Made by a program: the position numbers and the translations under genes. Shown piece by piece: positions 9,093 to 18,566 of a DNA stretch of 53,988 nucleotides (its first letter is position 1; each line of letters opens with the position of its first letter). Where the stretch lies: the IMG/VR virus record IMGVR_UViG_3300037502_002706, positions 1-53,988 of that record, one strand, 5' to 3'. This DNA is from a virus. Lineage: Duplodnaviria > Caudoviricetes. A model generated the notes under the pieces. The model saw nothing but the letters and a program-made list of their open reading frames with translations. It was not told where the DNA came from and did not search any database.

Positions 9093-10049
9093 TCACGCCC
9101 CGGTGCGCTGCGTGCGGTCGTACTCGGCGTAGCGCTTTACGTACTTCATGCGCAGCACCGGGTCGTCCCAGACGCCGGCCTCGATGAGCGCTTGCTTGCG
9201 CTCGGGGCTGATGTAGACCTCGCGCCGGGTGCTCTCGGGGGCGTGCTCGCGGCCGGATCCCACCGCCGGCCCACCCCGCGGGGTGCGCGCCGGAGCTGAT
9301 TTGAACCGATCCGGCAGGCGCCGGGCCGCACGGCGGCGCAGCTCGTCCCAGTACTCGGCGGAGCGCGGGTCAAACCCGTCCCGCACCAGCGCGTTGTCAA
9401 TGGCCAAAACCACCGAGGAGTCCTCGTCGCGGCCCTGCGGGTCGTACCAGGCGTTCTCTTTGATGAACCGCTGGGCGTGGTCCAGCACCGAGGGGTCTAC
9501 TGGCGGGGCGGCCTGCTGGGCGGCTTGCTGCTGGGCTTTGAAGGCGTTGAGCTGCTGTGCGCGGGCCATGGCCTCGTCGCGGAAGCGCATCGCCTGGGTT
9601 ACGTCCTCGCCGTTGCCCGCGGCCACCGCCTTGGCGATGACGGTCTCAGCCGTTTGCGCGTCGCGCAGCGCTTGCTGCAGCCGGGCGTCCACGGCGCTGA
9701 GGTCTTGCTGCTGGGCGCGCTGCTCCTGCGCGGTGAGGCGGCGCTCAAGGTCGTCGTTCCGCTTGCGCAGGAAGTCCAACTCCACCTTGTCGCGCTTGAT
9801 GGCCTCCTCGCGGCGCTGCTTGCGCTCGACCTTCTCCAACCGGCGGCGCTCGCGAATCGCTTCCCGCTCGTCGCCGTCCGGGTCGTCGGGGTCGATGTCT
9901 TGCTCGTCGTCAGCGGCCGCGCGACCTCGGGGGTCGTCGGCTCCGTCTTCGCCGGCGTCGTCGGCGCGCGCCTTGGGGTCGTCCTCGACGATGACGAGCT
10001 CTTCGCCCGCGCCGGGCTTCTCGTCGTCTTCTTTCATGATGTCAGCCAT
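9093..10049 (-). CDS. Putative scaffolding protein
   Basis: Acidic N-terminus and long coiled coil, positioned between portal and capsid genes. Confidence 0.65.
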   Translation of the reverse strand: MADIMKEDDEKPGAGEELVIVEDDPKARADDAGEDGADDPRGRAAADDEQDIDPDDPDGDEREAIRERRRLEKVERKQRREEAIKRDKVELDFLRKRNDDLERRLTAQEQRAQQQDLSAVDARLQQALRDAQTAETVIAKAVAAGNGEDVTQAMRFRDEAMARAQQLNAFKAQQQAAQQAAPPVDPSVLDHAQRFIKENAWYDPQGRDEDSSVVLAIDNALVRDGFDPRSAEYWDELRRRAARRLPDRFKSAPARTPRGGPAVGSGREHAPESTRREVYISPERKQALIEAGVWDDPVLRMKYVKRYAEYDRTQRTGA

Positions 10050-10064
10050 GATTGTTCACCTCCT

Positions 10065-10478
10065 TCAGATGAAAGCGCGAATCGCCAACGGGTCGCCCGT
10101 CACGCGACCGATGATGTCCAGGTCGTTGAAGATGACGAACAGCGCGGACTCGCCGTTGCCTCCAGGCAAGGGCACCTCCCACCGGTCGCCGCCGTACTTG
10201 GCCACGCGCACGTACTCGCCCGGGCCACACCAGCTGCCCTCGGGCCAGTCGGCCATCGTGTTGCGGTTCTTGAACGCGAGCGGGCCCACCGCGATGACCT
10301 TGGCCACCTGGGTGTTCCACTTCTCAGTGTCGCGGCTACCGCTGTCGATGATGATGCCGGAGGCGGTCTTGGTCTTCGGCGTGCGTATCTGCACCAGAAC
10401 GCGGCTACCGAACGGCTGAATTCCGGCTTCTGCAGCCGGGAAAGCCTCCGCCATAGCGTTCTCAAAGGTCACGGTCAC
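10065..10478 (-). CDS. groES: Co-chaperonin GroES-like protein
   Basis: IQPFGSRVLVQ..KTASGIII..VIAVGP..GEYV...KYGG...FNDLDIIG. GTG start after GAGGAG. Confidence 0.9.
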   Translation of the reverse strand: MTVTFENAMAEAFPAAEAGIQPFGSRVLVQIRTPKTKTASGIIIDSGSRDTEKWNTQVAKVIAVGPLAFKNRNTMADWPEGSWCGPGEYVRVAKYGGDRWEVPLPGGNGESALFVIFNDLDIIGRVTGDPLAIRAFI

Positions 10479-10659
10479 TATTCTTCTCCTCGTCAAGCAG
10501 GGACAACAAACAAGCGATCGCGGCCTCATAACCCGCGACCACGCCTACGCGATAGCCGTACTCAAAGCCATCGCGCTGCACCGGACGCTTCAGCGCGTCC
10601 AGCGCAAACTGCGCCTGCTCGGCCTTCAACCGGGCGAGCAGCGCGGAGTCAAAGTTCAC
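10462..10659 (-). CDS. Hypothetical protein
   Basis: 65 aa helical ORF overlapping both neighbours. Confidence 0.65.
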   Translation of the reverse strand: MNFDSALLARLKAEQAQFALDALKRPVQRDGFEYGYRVGVVAGYEAAIACLLSLLDEEKNSDRDL

Positions 10660-10802
10660 GCCGGGGTCTTGGGCGCTGTGGTGCCGGGCGAGCCGGGCAC
10701 GGTCTGCCCGTTCTCCTTGCTGCCGGCGGCCATGCGGTGCTTCTGCCGCACGTAAGGGCCAGTCATCGGCACGGTGCCGCCGGGGGTGGGTTTGTCAGCC
10801 AT
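10656..10802 (-). CDS. Small hypothetical protein (48 aa)
   Basis: MADKPTPGGTVPMTGPYVRQKHRMAAG..., AAAGGA RBS, fills the gap after the portal gene. Confidence 0.55.
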   Translation of the reverse strand: MADKPTPGGTVPMTGPYVRQKHRMAAGSKENGQTVPGSPGTTAPKTPA

Positions 10803-10815
10803 GGTTTGAGTCCTT

Positions 10816-13338
10816 TCAACGTGTGCCGGGGTTTATGCCTGTACCGGTCGAGACGGCCACCTTCTCGCCCGAAGCAATCTCCGCGGCTGCCAGCTGCAGC
10901 GCGGTGTTGTTGTCGTCGGTGTTCATCTGGTAGCGCACCGCGTCGGACTGCTGCGCGCGCTGGGCGTCCGCCGCCAGCCGTAGCTGCTCGCGCTGGAGCT
11001 CCGCGGCGCGGTCCTGCTGCCGGTCGGCCAGCTTTTGCTGCTCGAGCTGGGCTTGTTGCGCTAGGCGGGCTTGGTCGCTCTGGGCTTGCTGCTGCAGGCG
11101 AGCCTGGTCCAGCTGTGCGCGCTGCTGCGCGATCTGCCCCTGCAGCTGCGCGTTGAGTTGCGCGACCTGCATGGTGTTGTCGGGTGGCATCGGCGGCTGG
11201 GGCTTGAACTGCTGGGCGGCTTGGTCAATCGCGGCCAGTTCCTGCCCGAAGTTGCCCATTTGCTGCTCAATCAGCTGCTGCACGCGGGCAATGAGCTCGG
11301 CCTGCTTGTCCGCCTCGTCCGGGATGAAGCCCTGCTTCTGCGCCTCGGTCACCGCCTCGTGCGCCTCGGTCAGGTAGTAGTTGAGCAGGTGGTCACGCAG
11401 GTGCTGCGCCATGGGGAACAGGTAGGTCTTGACGATCGCCGGGTTCTGCCCGAACAGCGGCGACTTGAGGAAGGCCAAGTGCGTGCGCAGGTGCGCCAGA
11501 TGGTCCTGCCGGGGCAGCACGTACACCGGCCGGCCCATAGCGGCGGCGACGTTCTCGCTGACGGGGTCGACGTCCTCCTGCCCGGGCACCGGCTGCAACA
11601 CGTCGTCGGGCGACATCTTCATGTTGCGCAGGAAGATCTCCTCCACCTTGCGCGCGTCGTACATCTGCGGCAACTGCTGCGACCGCTGCAGTATGGCCTG
11701 CGTCTGCGCGAACCGCTGCGCCTCGCTGAAGATGGCCGGGTCGCTCACCGGCACCACGTCCAGCGGGCCGTCAAAGTCCTCGGGCTTGACCTCCAGCCCG
11801 GCGTCGTGCGCCTCAAGGTCTTCGGTGGTCAGGTAGGCGCTGTTGAGCCGGTGCAGCACGCGGAACACCCGCGCCATCGCCGAGTGCAGCCGCGAGTGAA
11901 TGCTACTGAACACCACCATGCCCTGCTCGATGAGCGCCATGGTGGTGCCGACGGGCTGGTTGGGGTTCTGGTCGGACAGCTTCTCAAACGAGGTCTGCAC
12001 CACGCCCTTGCCCGCGTCCACCAAGAAGCCCAGCAGCTGGAACAGCACCGGGCTGGGCGGGTTGAAAGGCATCGGCATGGCCAACTTGCGGATGTCATCC
12101 ACCAGCGCCCCACCCTCCATCTCCACCACCTCGGTGGGCTGCACGCTGATGGTCTGGCCGCCGGGGCCGCCCTTCAGCTTGAGCATGGTCGGGATGTTCT
12201 GAATGTGCGCCGAGTCCAGCAGGGCGCGCAGCGCGCCGGTAGCCGCACCGCTGAGCCCGCCAATCATGTGCGTCAGGCCGATGGGGTAGGCGCCGCGCCA
12301 GGGCACAAAGGGGAACTCGACTATCCAGTCCAGCTCCTGCCGCTGGTCGTCGTCCGGCTCCCAGTTGCGGTACAAGCTCAGCGCCGCGCGCGTGGACTTG
12401 TCGATGCTGAGAATGTAGGGCTCGGGCCCGTCGCCGAAGTCAAGATCGGTATACACCTCGAACACCGTGCGCAGCCCGTCCTCGTTGTAAGAGGTCGACT
12501 CGCGCCCCTCAATCTTGTTGTTCGCCACCTCGGCTCGGCTGAACTCGGGCTCCGCCCCCGGCGGCGCTAGGTCCACGTCGCGGTACATTCCCCGGCGCAC
12601 TCTCTTGGCGTACTCAGCGGCGGTAATGTACTGCACGTGCGTCTTGCGCTCGGCGGAGTAGAAGTTGGTGGCCGCAAAGGGCAGGTAGATGTCGTCTACC
12701 GCCACAAACTCGGCCACCGGCCGCCGGCGCTGCACGTCCCACGTGAGCTTGAGAAACTGCACCCCACCCAGCGGCACCTGCGTGGTCAGCTGCTCCAGCT
12801 CGCCCCGGAACTCCTGCATCTGCTCCGTGGTCTGCCAGTTCATGAACTCGGCCTTGCGCTGGGCCTTGCGCAGCTTTTCGGGCTCCTGCTCGCCGTGGAT
12901 CTTGCTGCGCACGGGGCCCGAGGGCGGGAACACCTCCTTCATCACCCGGGCGCTGAAGTCCACGCAGGCCTCCACGAGCAGCGGGTGCACTACCTTGTTG
13001 GCGCCCGTGAACTGCGCCCCGCCCGGCGCGTCGTCGCCCAGGCCCGTGCGGCGCAGTCCTTCCTCGTAGAGCTTGTCGCGCTTTTCGCGGGCGTCCTTGT
13101 CGCGGCTGATTTTGTCCATCAGGTCCGCCACCGCCTCGCCCAGTTCGCGCTGGTCTACCTCGTCCACGATGTTGGCAAAGTGCTCGGTCTGGCGCTCCGA
13201 GTCCGCCGCGTTCTCGCGCTCGCGGATGATGGCGCCGCCGTCCTCGGTGTCCTCCACCTCGGAGTCTTCGGCCTCCAGCGGCACCATGGCGCCCTGGTCT
13301 TCGTCGTCTTCTTCAATCGGTCGGTTTTGGTCAGCCAT
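10816..13338 (-). CDS. Portal protein with long C-terminal coiled-coil barrel
   Basis: 840 aa. HPLLVEACVDF, AEFMNWQ, PVGTTMALIEQG motifs and a Q-rich C-terminus as in P22-like portals. Confidence 0.85.
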   Translation of the reverse strand: MADQNRPIEEDDEDQGAMVPLEAEDSEVEDTEDGGAIIRERENAADSERQTEHFANIVDEVDQRELGEAVADLMDKISRDKDAREKRDKLYEEGLRRTGLGDDAPGGAQFTGANKVVHPLLVEACVDFSARVMKEVFPPSGPVRSKIHGEQEPEKLRKAQRKAEFMNWQTTEQMQEFRGELEQLTTQVPLGGVQFLKLTWDVQRRRPVAEFVAVDDIYLPFAATNFYSAERKTHVQYITAAEYAKRVRRGMYRDVDLAPPGAEPEFSRAEVANNKIEGRESTSYNEDGLRTVFEVYTDLDFGDGPEPYILSIDKSTRAALSLYRNWEPDDDQRQELDWIVEFPFVPWRGAYPIGLTHMIGGLSGAATGALRALLDSAHIQNIPTMLKLKGGPGGQTISVQPTEVVEMEGGALVDDIRKLAMPMPFNPPSPVLFQLLGFLVDAGKGVVQTSFEKLSDQNPNQPVGTTMALIEQGMVVFSSIHSRLHSAMARVFRVLHRLNSAYLTTEDLEAHDAGLEVKPEDFDGPLDVVPVSDPAIFSEAQRFAQTQAILQRSQQLPQMYDARKVEEIFLRNMKMSPDDVLQPVPGQEDVDPVSENVAAAMGRPVYVLPRQDHLAHLRTHLAFLKSPLFGQNPAIVKTYLFPMAQHLRDHLLNYYLTEAHEAVTEAQKQGFIPDEADKQAELIARVQQLIEQQMGNFGQELAAIDQAAQQFKPQPPMPPDNTMQVAQLNAQLQGQIAQQRAQLDQARLQQQAQSDQARLAQQAQLEQQKLADRQQDRAAELQREQLRLAADAQRAQQSDAVRYQMNTDDNNTALQLAAAEIASGEKVAVSTGTGINPGTR

Positions 13339-13349
13339 CGGTTAAGCCT

Positions 13350-14015
13350 TCAGCGCTGCTGCGCGTTCTGTTGGGCGAGGAAGCGGGGGTCAACCTGCGG
13401 CGCCTGCGGCCACCACACTCCCCCGCTCGCCTCGTCAGTTTCCTCCTCCGCGGTGGCCGGCTGCTCAGCGTAACGGGCAGCGAGGCGTTCAAGCTCCTCG
13501 TTGACGCTTTCAACTGGCACCGCGCTGGGCAGGCCTTGCGCCAGGTCCGGCATACCCACCCGCGGCAAAGACCAAGACGGAAACTCCTGCGCCGACGCAC
13601 CCATCGATATCTGCGAAGGAATGTTGCCCGCGTCATTCATGGAGTAGTTCCAAGGCATGGGGGGCTCGTAACGAGGCTCCTCAAACCCGCGGGAGCCGTA
13701 CTGATTTTCGGGCTGGAACCCTGACACACCCTGCCCCGTAACCATCCGCTCACCCTCAGAGCTGAGCACTTGCCCCTGCGGACCGACGTAGTAATCGGCG
13801 GGTAGGTTGTAGTTGGGCCGCTCTTCGGGCAGCAGGCCCATCAGGCGCCCCATCGGCTCGGCGGCCCGCGCTAGCGTGCTGCCCAAAGACTGGCCGTAAA
13901 TCAGCCGTTCCACGTTAGGATCCAGCGCGCCGCTAGAAACCAGCTTGTTTATAACCGGCTGGACCAGCTCGCTGCCCAGCAGCGCCCGCCCCACAGCCAT
14001 TAACGGTCCAGCCAT
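13350..14015 (-). CDS. Hypothetical protein
   Basis: 221 aa, tightly packed between neighbours, GGAGG upstream. Confidence 0.65.
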   Translation of the reverse strand: MAGPLMAVGRALLGSELVQPVINKLVSSGALDPNVERLIYGQSLGSTLARAAEPMGRLMGLLPEERPNYNLPADYYVGPQGQVLSSEGERMVTGQGVSGFQPENQYGSRGFEEPRYEPPMPWNYSMNDAGNIPSQISMGASAQEFPSWSLPRVGMPDLAQGLPSAVPVESVNEELERLAARYAEQPATAEEETDEASGGVWWPQAPQVDPRFLAQQNAQQR

Positions 14016-14018
14016 CGC

Positions 14019-16034
14019 TCAGGCCTCCATGAGTAGTTGCTCAGCCAGTCGCTCGATGTGCGCCGGGTCGTATTGCGCGGGGCCGGCGGCGGACACCATG
14101 CCCCCGCGGGCGTAGTTGGCGCTCTCCGAGCCGACCACGTTGCCCCGGGCGTCGTACTTTAGTCGCTGCCCCTCGGGCATTATCAGGTTGTGCAGCCGCT
14201 GGATGTCCTCGCCGCTGAGCACGTCCGGAATGTAATCCTCGCCCAACCGCTTCAGCATCTGCAGCTCGTTAAAGTTGAACACTTCCCGCGTCGGGCGCAT
14301 GCCGGTGTTCTGCACATCGCCGATGCGGCCCCACTTCTGGCTCTTGACGAAGTCCTGCACGTATGGCAGGTGCTCGGCCTTCGGCGCCTTGTTGAACTTG
14401 CCCTTGATCTCGACGATTTCCGGCACCGGCTGAACGAGCGGGCGGCCCGTGTCGCGCGCCCACTGCTCGTACCAAACTTCAAGCCCCTGGCGCCCCGCGT
14501 CCTTTATGTCGCGCAGGCGGTCGCGGTTCTGGTTCAAATAACGTTCGAACTCTTGCAGCTCGGGCGAGCCGATCTGCTGCCGCTGATACCAGGCGTCGTA
14601 AGGCGACAAGCCCGAGGGCTTCACCGCCACCTGCACCACCGCGTTACCTTCCGGGTCGTGCAGCACGTAAAGCTGGCGCCCACCGCTGCCGTAATGCTGC
14701 GCCATGCCCTCGCTCTGCGTGCACCAGCCGCCCTCGCAGCCGACGTCAGTCACGTACTTGAGCGACTTGGGGTCCAAGGTGTCCGGCGCGGCCAGCCAGC
14801 GGAACCCCTCGGGGTATTCCTTCTGCACCGGGATGCCCTCGCGGGCGGCACGAGTGGCGGCGGCCGCTTGAGCCTCACGCCACTTGTTGATGCGGTCGAC
14901 CAACTCCACCGCCTGCGGCATGCTCACCTTGCTCAGCTGCTCGGGCTTGAGCCGCAGCTCGGCGGGCAAGTCCGAGGTCGCCGCTGTCGCGTTGCGCAGC
15001 TCGTCGATGAGGTGGCTAAAGCCGAGGTCCGCCTCACCGAGGCCTTTGGACGAGTACACCGGCGTCTCAGGCGGCACTTTGGCGAGCCAAGGGTTCTCGC
15101 GAATCGTTGGGCTGTTTTCACCCAGGCGCATCAAATCACCGGCGCGCTCGCCGCGTATAAGCGTGTCGGCCGCGGTCTCCCAGCCCGAGGCCGCCCGCTG
15201 CAGGTCGCTCAGGTCGCCGTACAACACGCCGGATCCCTCCTCAACCATGCCGATCTCGGGATAGCCGGCTTGCTTCCTAGCCCGCGCCACCTCATCAGGA
15301 ATGAAGCCCGCGCCCTCCTCCAACTCCTGAAGCGGCATGTGGCTCACGCCGCGCTCCTGAATCAGCGCCCGCAGCGGGTCCTCCGGGGTGCCCATCTCGT
15401 TGCGGATGTACTTGGCGAGCTTTTGGTCGATCCAGGTGTTGAGCGGGTCCGGTCGGGAAAGGGCTCCGGTCTCGGGGTCGTAGCGCGTGTAGCCCTGCGC
15501 CCGGTAAGCCGCCATCTCGGCGTCATCCATTGGTATCGCGACCGGCTCCTCAGGTCTCTTCAACCCCCGCACAGCCTCCTCCGGCGAGCCGGCACCGCTG
15601 ATCCAGTTGCCGCCCTTGGGCTTCACCACCGCCGTGCCCGGCAGCCCAGACATGCCCTGCGTAGCGCGCACGTAGTCGCGGATGGCGTTGAGGTCAGTGG
15701 CGCGCTTCACAGCGCCAAGGCCCCCGCGCACCACCCGGGTAGCCCCAGCCCCGCCGGCGAGGGCCGCGAGCCCAGACATGGCGCGGGCGGCGGGCCGCTC
15801 GTCGTACCCGGGCAGGTACTCGCGGTAGAAGTCCGAGGTGGGCAGGCGAGGGGTCTCGTCCAACCCGGGCAGCATGCGCACCAATCCCTCCACGTCGCCG
15901 GGCAGCCCCAGCAGCCCCGCTGCCCACCCCCGCGCCAGCTGTAGCGGGGCGTTCACGTTGCGGGACTGGTTCAGCCGCTCGGGGCGGCGCCCGGCGGAGG
16001 GGTAGATGCCGAACGCGGCGCGGTCTTCAGCCAT
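14019..16034 (-). CDS. Large accessory protein with PcfJ-like domain
   Basis: EYPEGFRW...GCEGGWC...LYVLHDPEG..VVQV...EIKGKFNKAP..LPYVQDFV. C-terminal NYARGG. Confidence 0.55.
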   Translation of the reverse strand: MAEDRAAFGIYPSAGRRPERLNQSRNVNAPLQLARGWAAGLLGLPGDVEGLVRMLPGLDETPRLPTSDFYREYLPGYDERPAARAMSGLAALAGGAGATRVVRGGLGAVKRATDLNAIRDYVRATQGMSGLPGTAVVKPKGGNWISGAGSPEEAVRGLKRPEEPVAIPMDDAEMAAYRAQGYTRYDPETGALSRPDPLNTWIDQKLAKYIRNEMGTPEDPLRALIQERGVSHMPLQELEEGAGFIPDEVARARKQAGYPEIGMVEEGSGVLYGDLSDLQRAASGWETAADTLIRGERAGDLMRLGENSPTIRENPWLAKVPPETPVYSSKGLGEADLGFSHLIDELRNATAATSDLPAELRLKPEQLSKVSMPQAVELVDRINKWREAQAAAATRAAREGIPVQKEYPEGFRWLAAPDTLDPKSLKYVTDVGCEGGWCTQSEGMAQHYGSGGRQLYVLHDPEGNAVVQVAVKPSGLSPYDAWYQRQQIGSPELQEFERYLNQNRDRLRDIKDAGRQGLEVWYEQWARDTGRPLVQPVPEIVEIKGKFNKAPKAEHLPYVQDFVKSQKWGRIGDVQNTGMRPTREVFNFNELQMLKRLGEDYIPDVLSGEDIQRLHNLIMPEGQRLKYDARGNVVGSESANYARGGMVSAAGPAQYDPAHIERLAEQLLMEA

Positions 16035-16569
16035 GGCAGTTGCACTCCTTTGCTTGGGCGAGGCCGCCGCGGGCCTTGGCGTCGTACCGGGTGTCGGTGT
16101 CGGGCCTGAGCGACGGGCGACCCGGCGTCAGCTCAATAGTGCCGGAATCCACCGCCTGCTGAATCGCACGCAGCAACTCATCAGTGCTCAGCCCACGGCG
16201 GCCGCCCAGCTCCGCGCCCAGCGCGTTGTTGTGGGTGTCGGTGGGGTAGTCGGCTCGCGGCCGGCCCAGCCCCAGCCAATGGCCCGCGGTGCGGAGCGGG
16301 GCCTCCTTGAACTCGTACAACCGGCCCAGCAGTTCGGCCACCCCGGGCGACAACCTGCGCGAGGCCAGCGCGGAAGCAATCATGTGCCGCGCGGCGTCGC
16401 GCTGGGCGGCTTGGTCTTCGTCCGGGTACATGCCACGCGAGACGGTGTCCGCGTACAGCGTGAAGTTGGCCAGCGACGGCTCGGGCAGCCCCCGCGCCGC
16501 AGCGTGCCGCACGCGACCACCGTCAGCATATGCACGCCGAACCGCTGAAAGCCCGGGCTCGCGGTTCAT
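16027..16569 (-). CDS. DUF6973-like (DAxRH...DxHNNxxG) domain protein
   Basis: RDAARHMIASA...AELLGRLYE...DTHNNALGAELG. TGATG overlap with the upstream gene. Confidence 0.55.
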   Translation of the reverse strand: MNREPGLSAVRRAYADGGRVRHAAARGLPEPSLANFTLYADTVSRGMYPDEDQAAQRDAARHMIASALASRRLSPGVAELLGRLYEFKEAPLRTAGHWLGLGRPRADYPTDTHNNALGAELGGRRGLSTDELLRAIQQAVDSGTIELTPGRPSLRPDTDTRYDAKARGGLAQAKECNCHG

Positions 16570-16820
16570 CACCACTTCACCTTGTCAGCCCAGTAGGCCG
16601 CGCTCATTTTGCCCTTGGCGATGTTCTTCGCGTGCCGGGCCTTGAACGCCTCGTTGCGCGCCGAGCCCTCGGGCGAGCCCTTGACGCCGGCCTGCCCAAA
16701 GCGAATCACTTTCTCCTGCCCGCCGGAGCACGCCTTGACGACGTGCGACTTGGTCGGGTGGCCAGGAGTGGCCCGCGGCCGGTTGCAGGCCATCTTGCCC
16801 TTGTCCACGCGGACTGTCAT
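16569..16820 (-). CDS. Small basic protein
   Basis: KVIRFGQ.G...RNEAFKARH...SAAYWA.KVKW, a motif familiar from phage packaging regions. Confidence 0.75.
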   Translation of the reverse strand: MTVRVDKGKMACNRPRATPGHPTKSHVVKACSGGQEKVIRFGQAGVKGSPEGSARNEAFKARHAKNIAKGKMSAAYWADKVKW

Positions 16821-16990
16821 CGCTTACCCTTTGCCGCGGCGCGCATGTTGTCCACGAGGTTGGGGTAGGGGCGCCCCGCGGCCTTGGCTGCAGCCTTGGC
16901 GCTGGACTTCTGACCCTTGCTCAGCGGCTCGGATTCACCCAGGCCTTTGGGCCGGGCCTTGCTCCACACGGGCTTCGTCTTAAGCGGCAT
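16817..16990 (-). CDS. Small basic protein (57 aa)
   Basis: MPLKTKPVW...AGRPYPNLVDNM, AAAGGAG RBS inside the end of terL. Confidence 0.7.
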   Translation of the reverse strand: MPLKTKPVWSKARPKGLGESEPLSKGQKSSAKAAAKAAGRPYPNLVDNMRAAAKGKR

Positions 16991-18566
16991 ACGGGTTGCT
17001 CCTTTCACGGGTGGGGGCGCGCCTAGGCGCATCGTCCACGTCGCGCGCCTGCGGTAGCGTGAACCAGCCTTCGTTCTTCAGGAATATAACCGCCTGCGTG
17101 AAGCAGTCCACGTATTCGTCGTGCTCGGCGGCGGGGAACTTGGCGAGCTGCTTCATGAACGGTTGCGCCCAGCTGGCGGGTTGGCCCGGGTTGGCGGCGG
17201 ACTCAGGCACCCACAGCAGCCCCAGCTCAAGAGTGGGGGCGGCCTGGTGGGCGCGTGATACTTTGTCCGCCTGGCCAGGATTGTACCCCACCGCGGGCAC
17301 CCGGGCAAGCCGCAGGTCCTGCAGCAACGATTGCCCGCTCGCCTTCGCCTCCACCAGCACGCGGTCGGGCCGGCGGGGCTTGACGGGTGGGCCGCGGCGC
17401 GGCTGCTTGTCCCCTCCGTACTCGGTGCGCCAGTCGTCCACCACGCGCTTGCGCAGCTCGGGGTAGCTGAGGTGCTCGTCCCACGCGTCGAGCAGCAGCG
17501 CGTGCCGCTCGCCCTCGTACGTGAACACGCCCCACACCTCGCAGCCGGTGGGGTCGTTCTGGGTCTTCTCGCTGAACGCGGTGTCGTAGCTCTGCAGCAC
17601 GTACTCCAGCGGCGGCAGCCCCCGCTCGGCCACGGGCCACAGGCGGAAGTGCTTGGTTTTGAGAATGCCGCCCTCGGCCGGGGTCGGGTCCTGCTGTAGC
17701 TGGCCCGCGGTGCCGTAGGTGCCGAGCAGCTGCTTCAGCTCGGTGATTTCCTTCGGCCCGAACCGCTCGGGGCAAATCAGCTCGCCCGGCTCCTTGCGCG
17801 GGTCGTAGGGGCCGAGCACAGTCCGCCGGCGCACGCCGTCCCACTCGGCCGGAATCATCAGGTGCTCCCACCCGCCGATGTCTTCAAGAATGTGTCCGCT
17901 GATGTCTTTCTCGTGCAGACGCTGCATGATTGTGACCATCGCGTCGCGCTTGGGGTCGTTCAGCCGCGTCGACCACACCACGTCAAACCACTCCAGCGCG
18001 CTCTCGCGGATGAGGTCGCTCTGCGCCTCCTGTGCGCTGTGGGGGTCGTCCAGCAGCAACCGCGAGCCGCCCTCGCCCGTGGCCGTGCCACCCACCGAGG
18101 TCGCGATGCGGTAGCCGGTGCGGTCGTTCTCGAAGCGCTGCTTGGCGTTCTGGTCGCCGGCGAGCGCAAACAGGTGCCCCCAGCGCTCCTGGTACCAGGG
18201 CGACTGCACCAACCGCCGCGCCTTCAAGTTGTCGCGGATGCTGAGGTTGCTGCTGTACGAGGCGCAGAGGTACTTGTGCGCCGGGTCGGTGAGCCACTCC
18301 CACATCGGCCACATCACCGAGACGATCGTCGACTTGCTGTGCCGCGGGGGAATGTTGATTAGCAGCTTGCGCAGCTCGCCCGCGGTTATGGCCTCCAGGT
18401 GCTCACATATTTCCCGTATGTGCCAGCTCGGTATGAACGGCACCCCCGGCTCCACCGTGGGCCACGCCTGGCGCACGAACTCGTACAGGTTGGCCCCCGC
18501 GGCCCGGCGCTCGCGCTCCCGCCGCACCATGTCCAGCAGCGCCGCGGGGCTCAGCGGGGCGTTCAT
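16980..18566 (-). CDS. terL: Terminase large subunit
   Basis: Walker A INIPPRHSKST, Walker B LLLDDPH, IMQRLH, nuclease QSYDTA and HDEYVDCFTQA. Confidence 0.95.
   Translation of the reverse strand: MNAPLSPAALLDMVRRERERRAAGANLYEFVRQAWPTVEPGVPFIPSWHIREICEHLEAITAGELRKLLINIPPRHSKSTIVSVMWPMWEWLTDPAHKYLCASYSSNLSIRDNLKARRLVQSPWYQERWGHLFALAGDQNAKQRFENDRTGYRIATSVGGTATGEGGSRLLLDDPHSAQEAQSDLIRESALEWFDVVWSTRLNDPKRDAMVTIMQRLHEKDISGHILEDIGGWEHLMIPAEWDGVRRRTVLGPYDPRKEPGELICPERFGPKEITELKQLLGTYGTAGQLQQDPTPAEGGILKTKHFRLWPVAERGLPPLEYVLQSYDTAFSEKTQNDPTGCEVWGVFTYEGERHALLLDAWDEHLSYPELRKRVVDDWRTEYGGDKQPRRGPPVKPRRPDRVLVEAKASGQSLLQDLRLARVPAVGYNPGQADKVSRAHQAAPTLELGLLWVPESAANPGQPASWAQPFMKQLAKFPAAEHDEYVDCFTQAVIFLKNEGWFTLPQARDVDDAPRRAPTRERSNPYAA

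Noticed and set aside
9229-15944. Long plus-strand ORFs (e.g. 9477-11156, 11071-12570, 14190-15944)
   Set aside because: Antisense shadows of well-supported minus-strand genes in GC-rich DNA, with no recognisable motifs.
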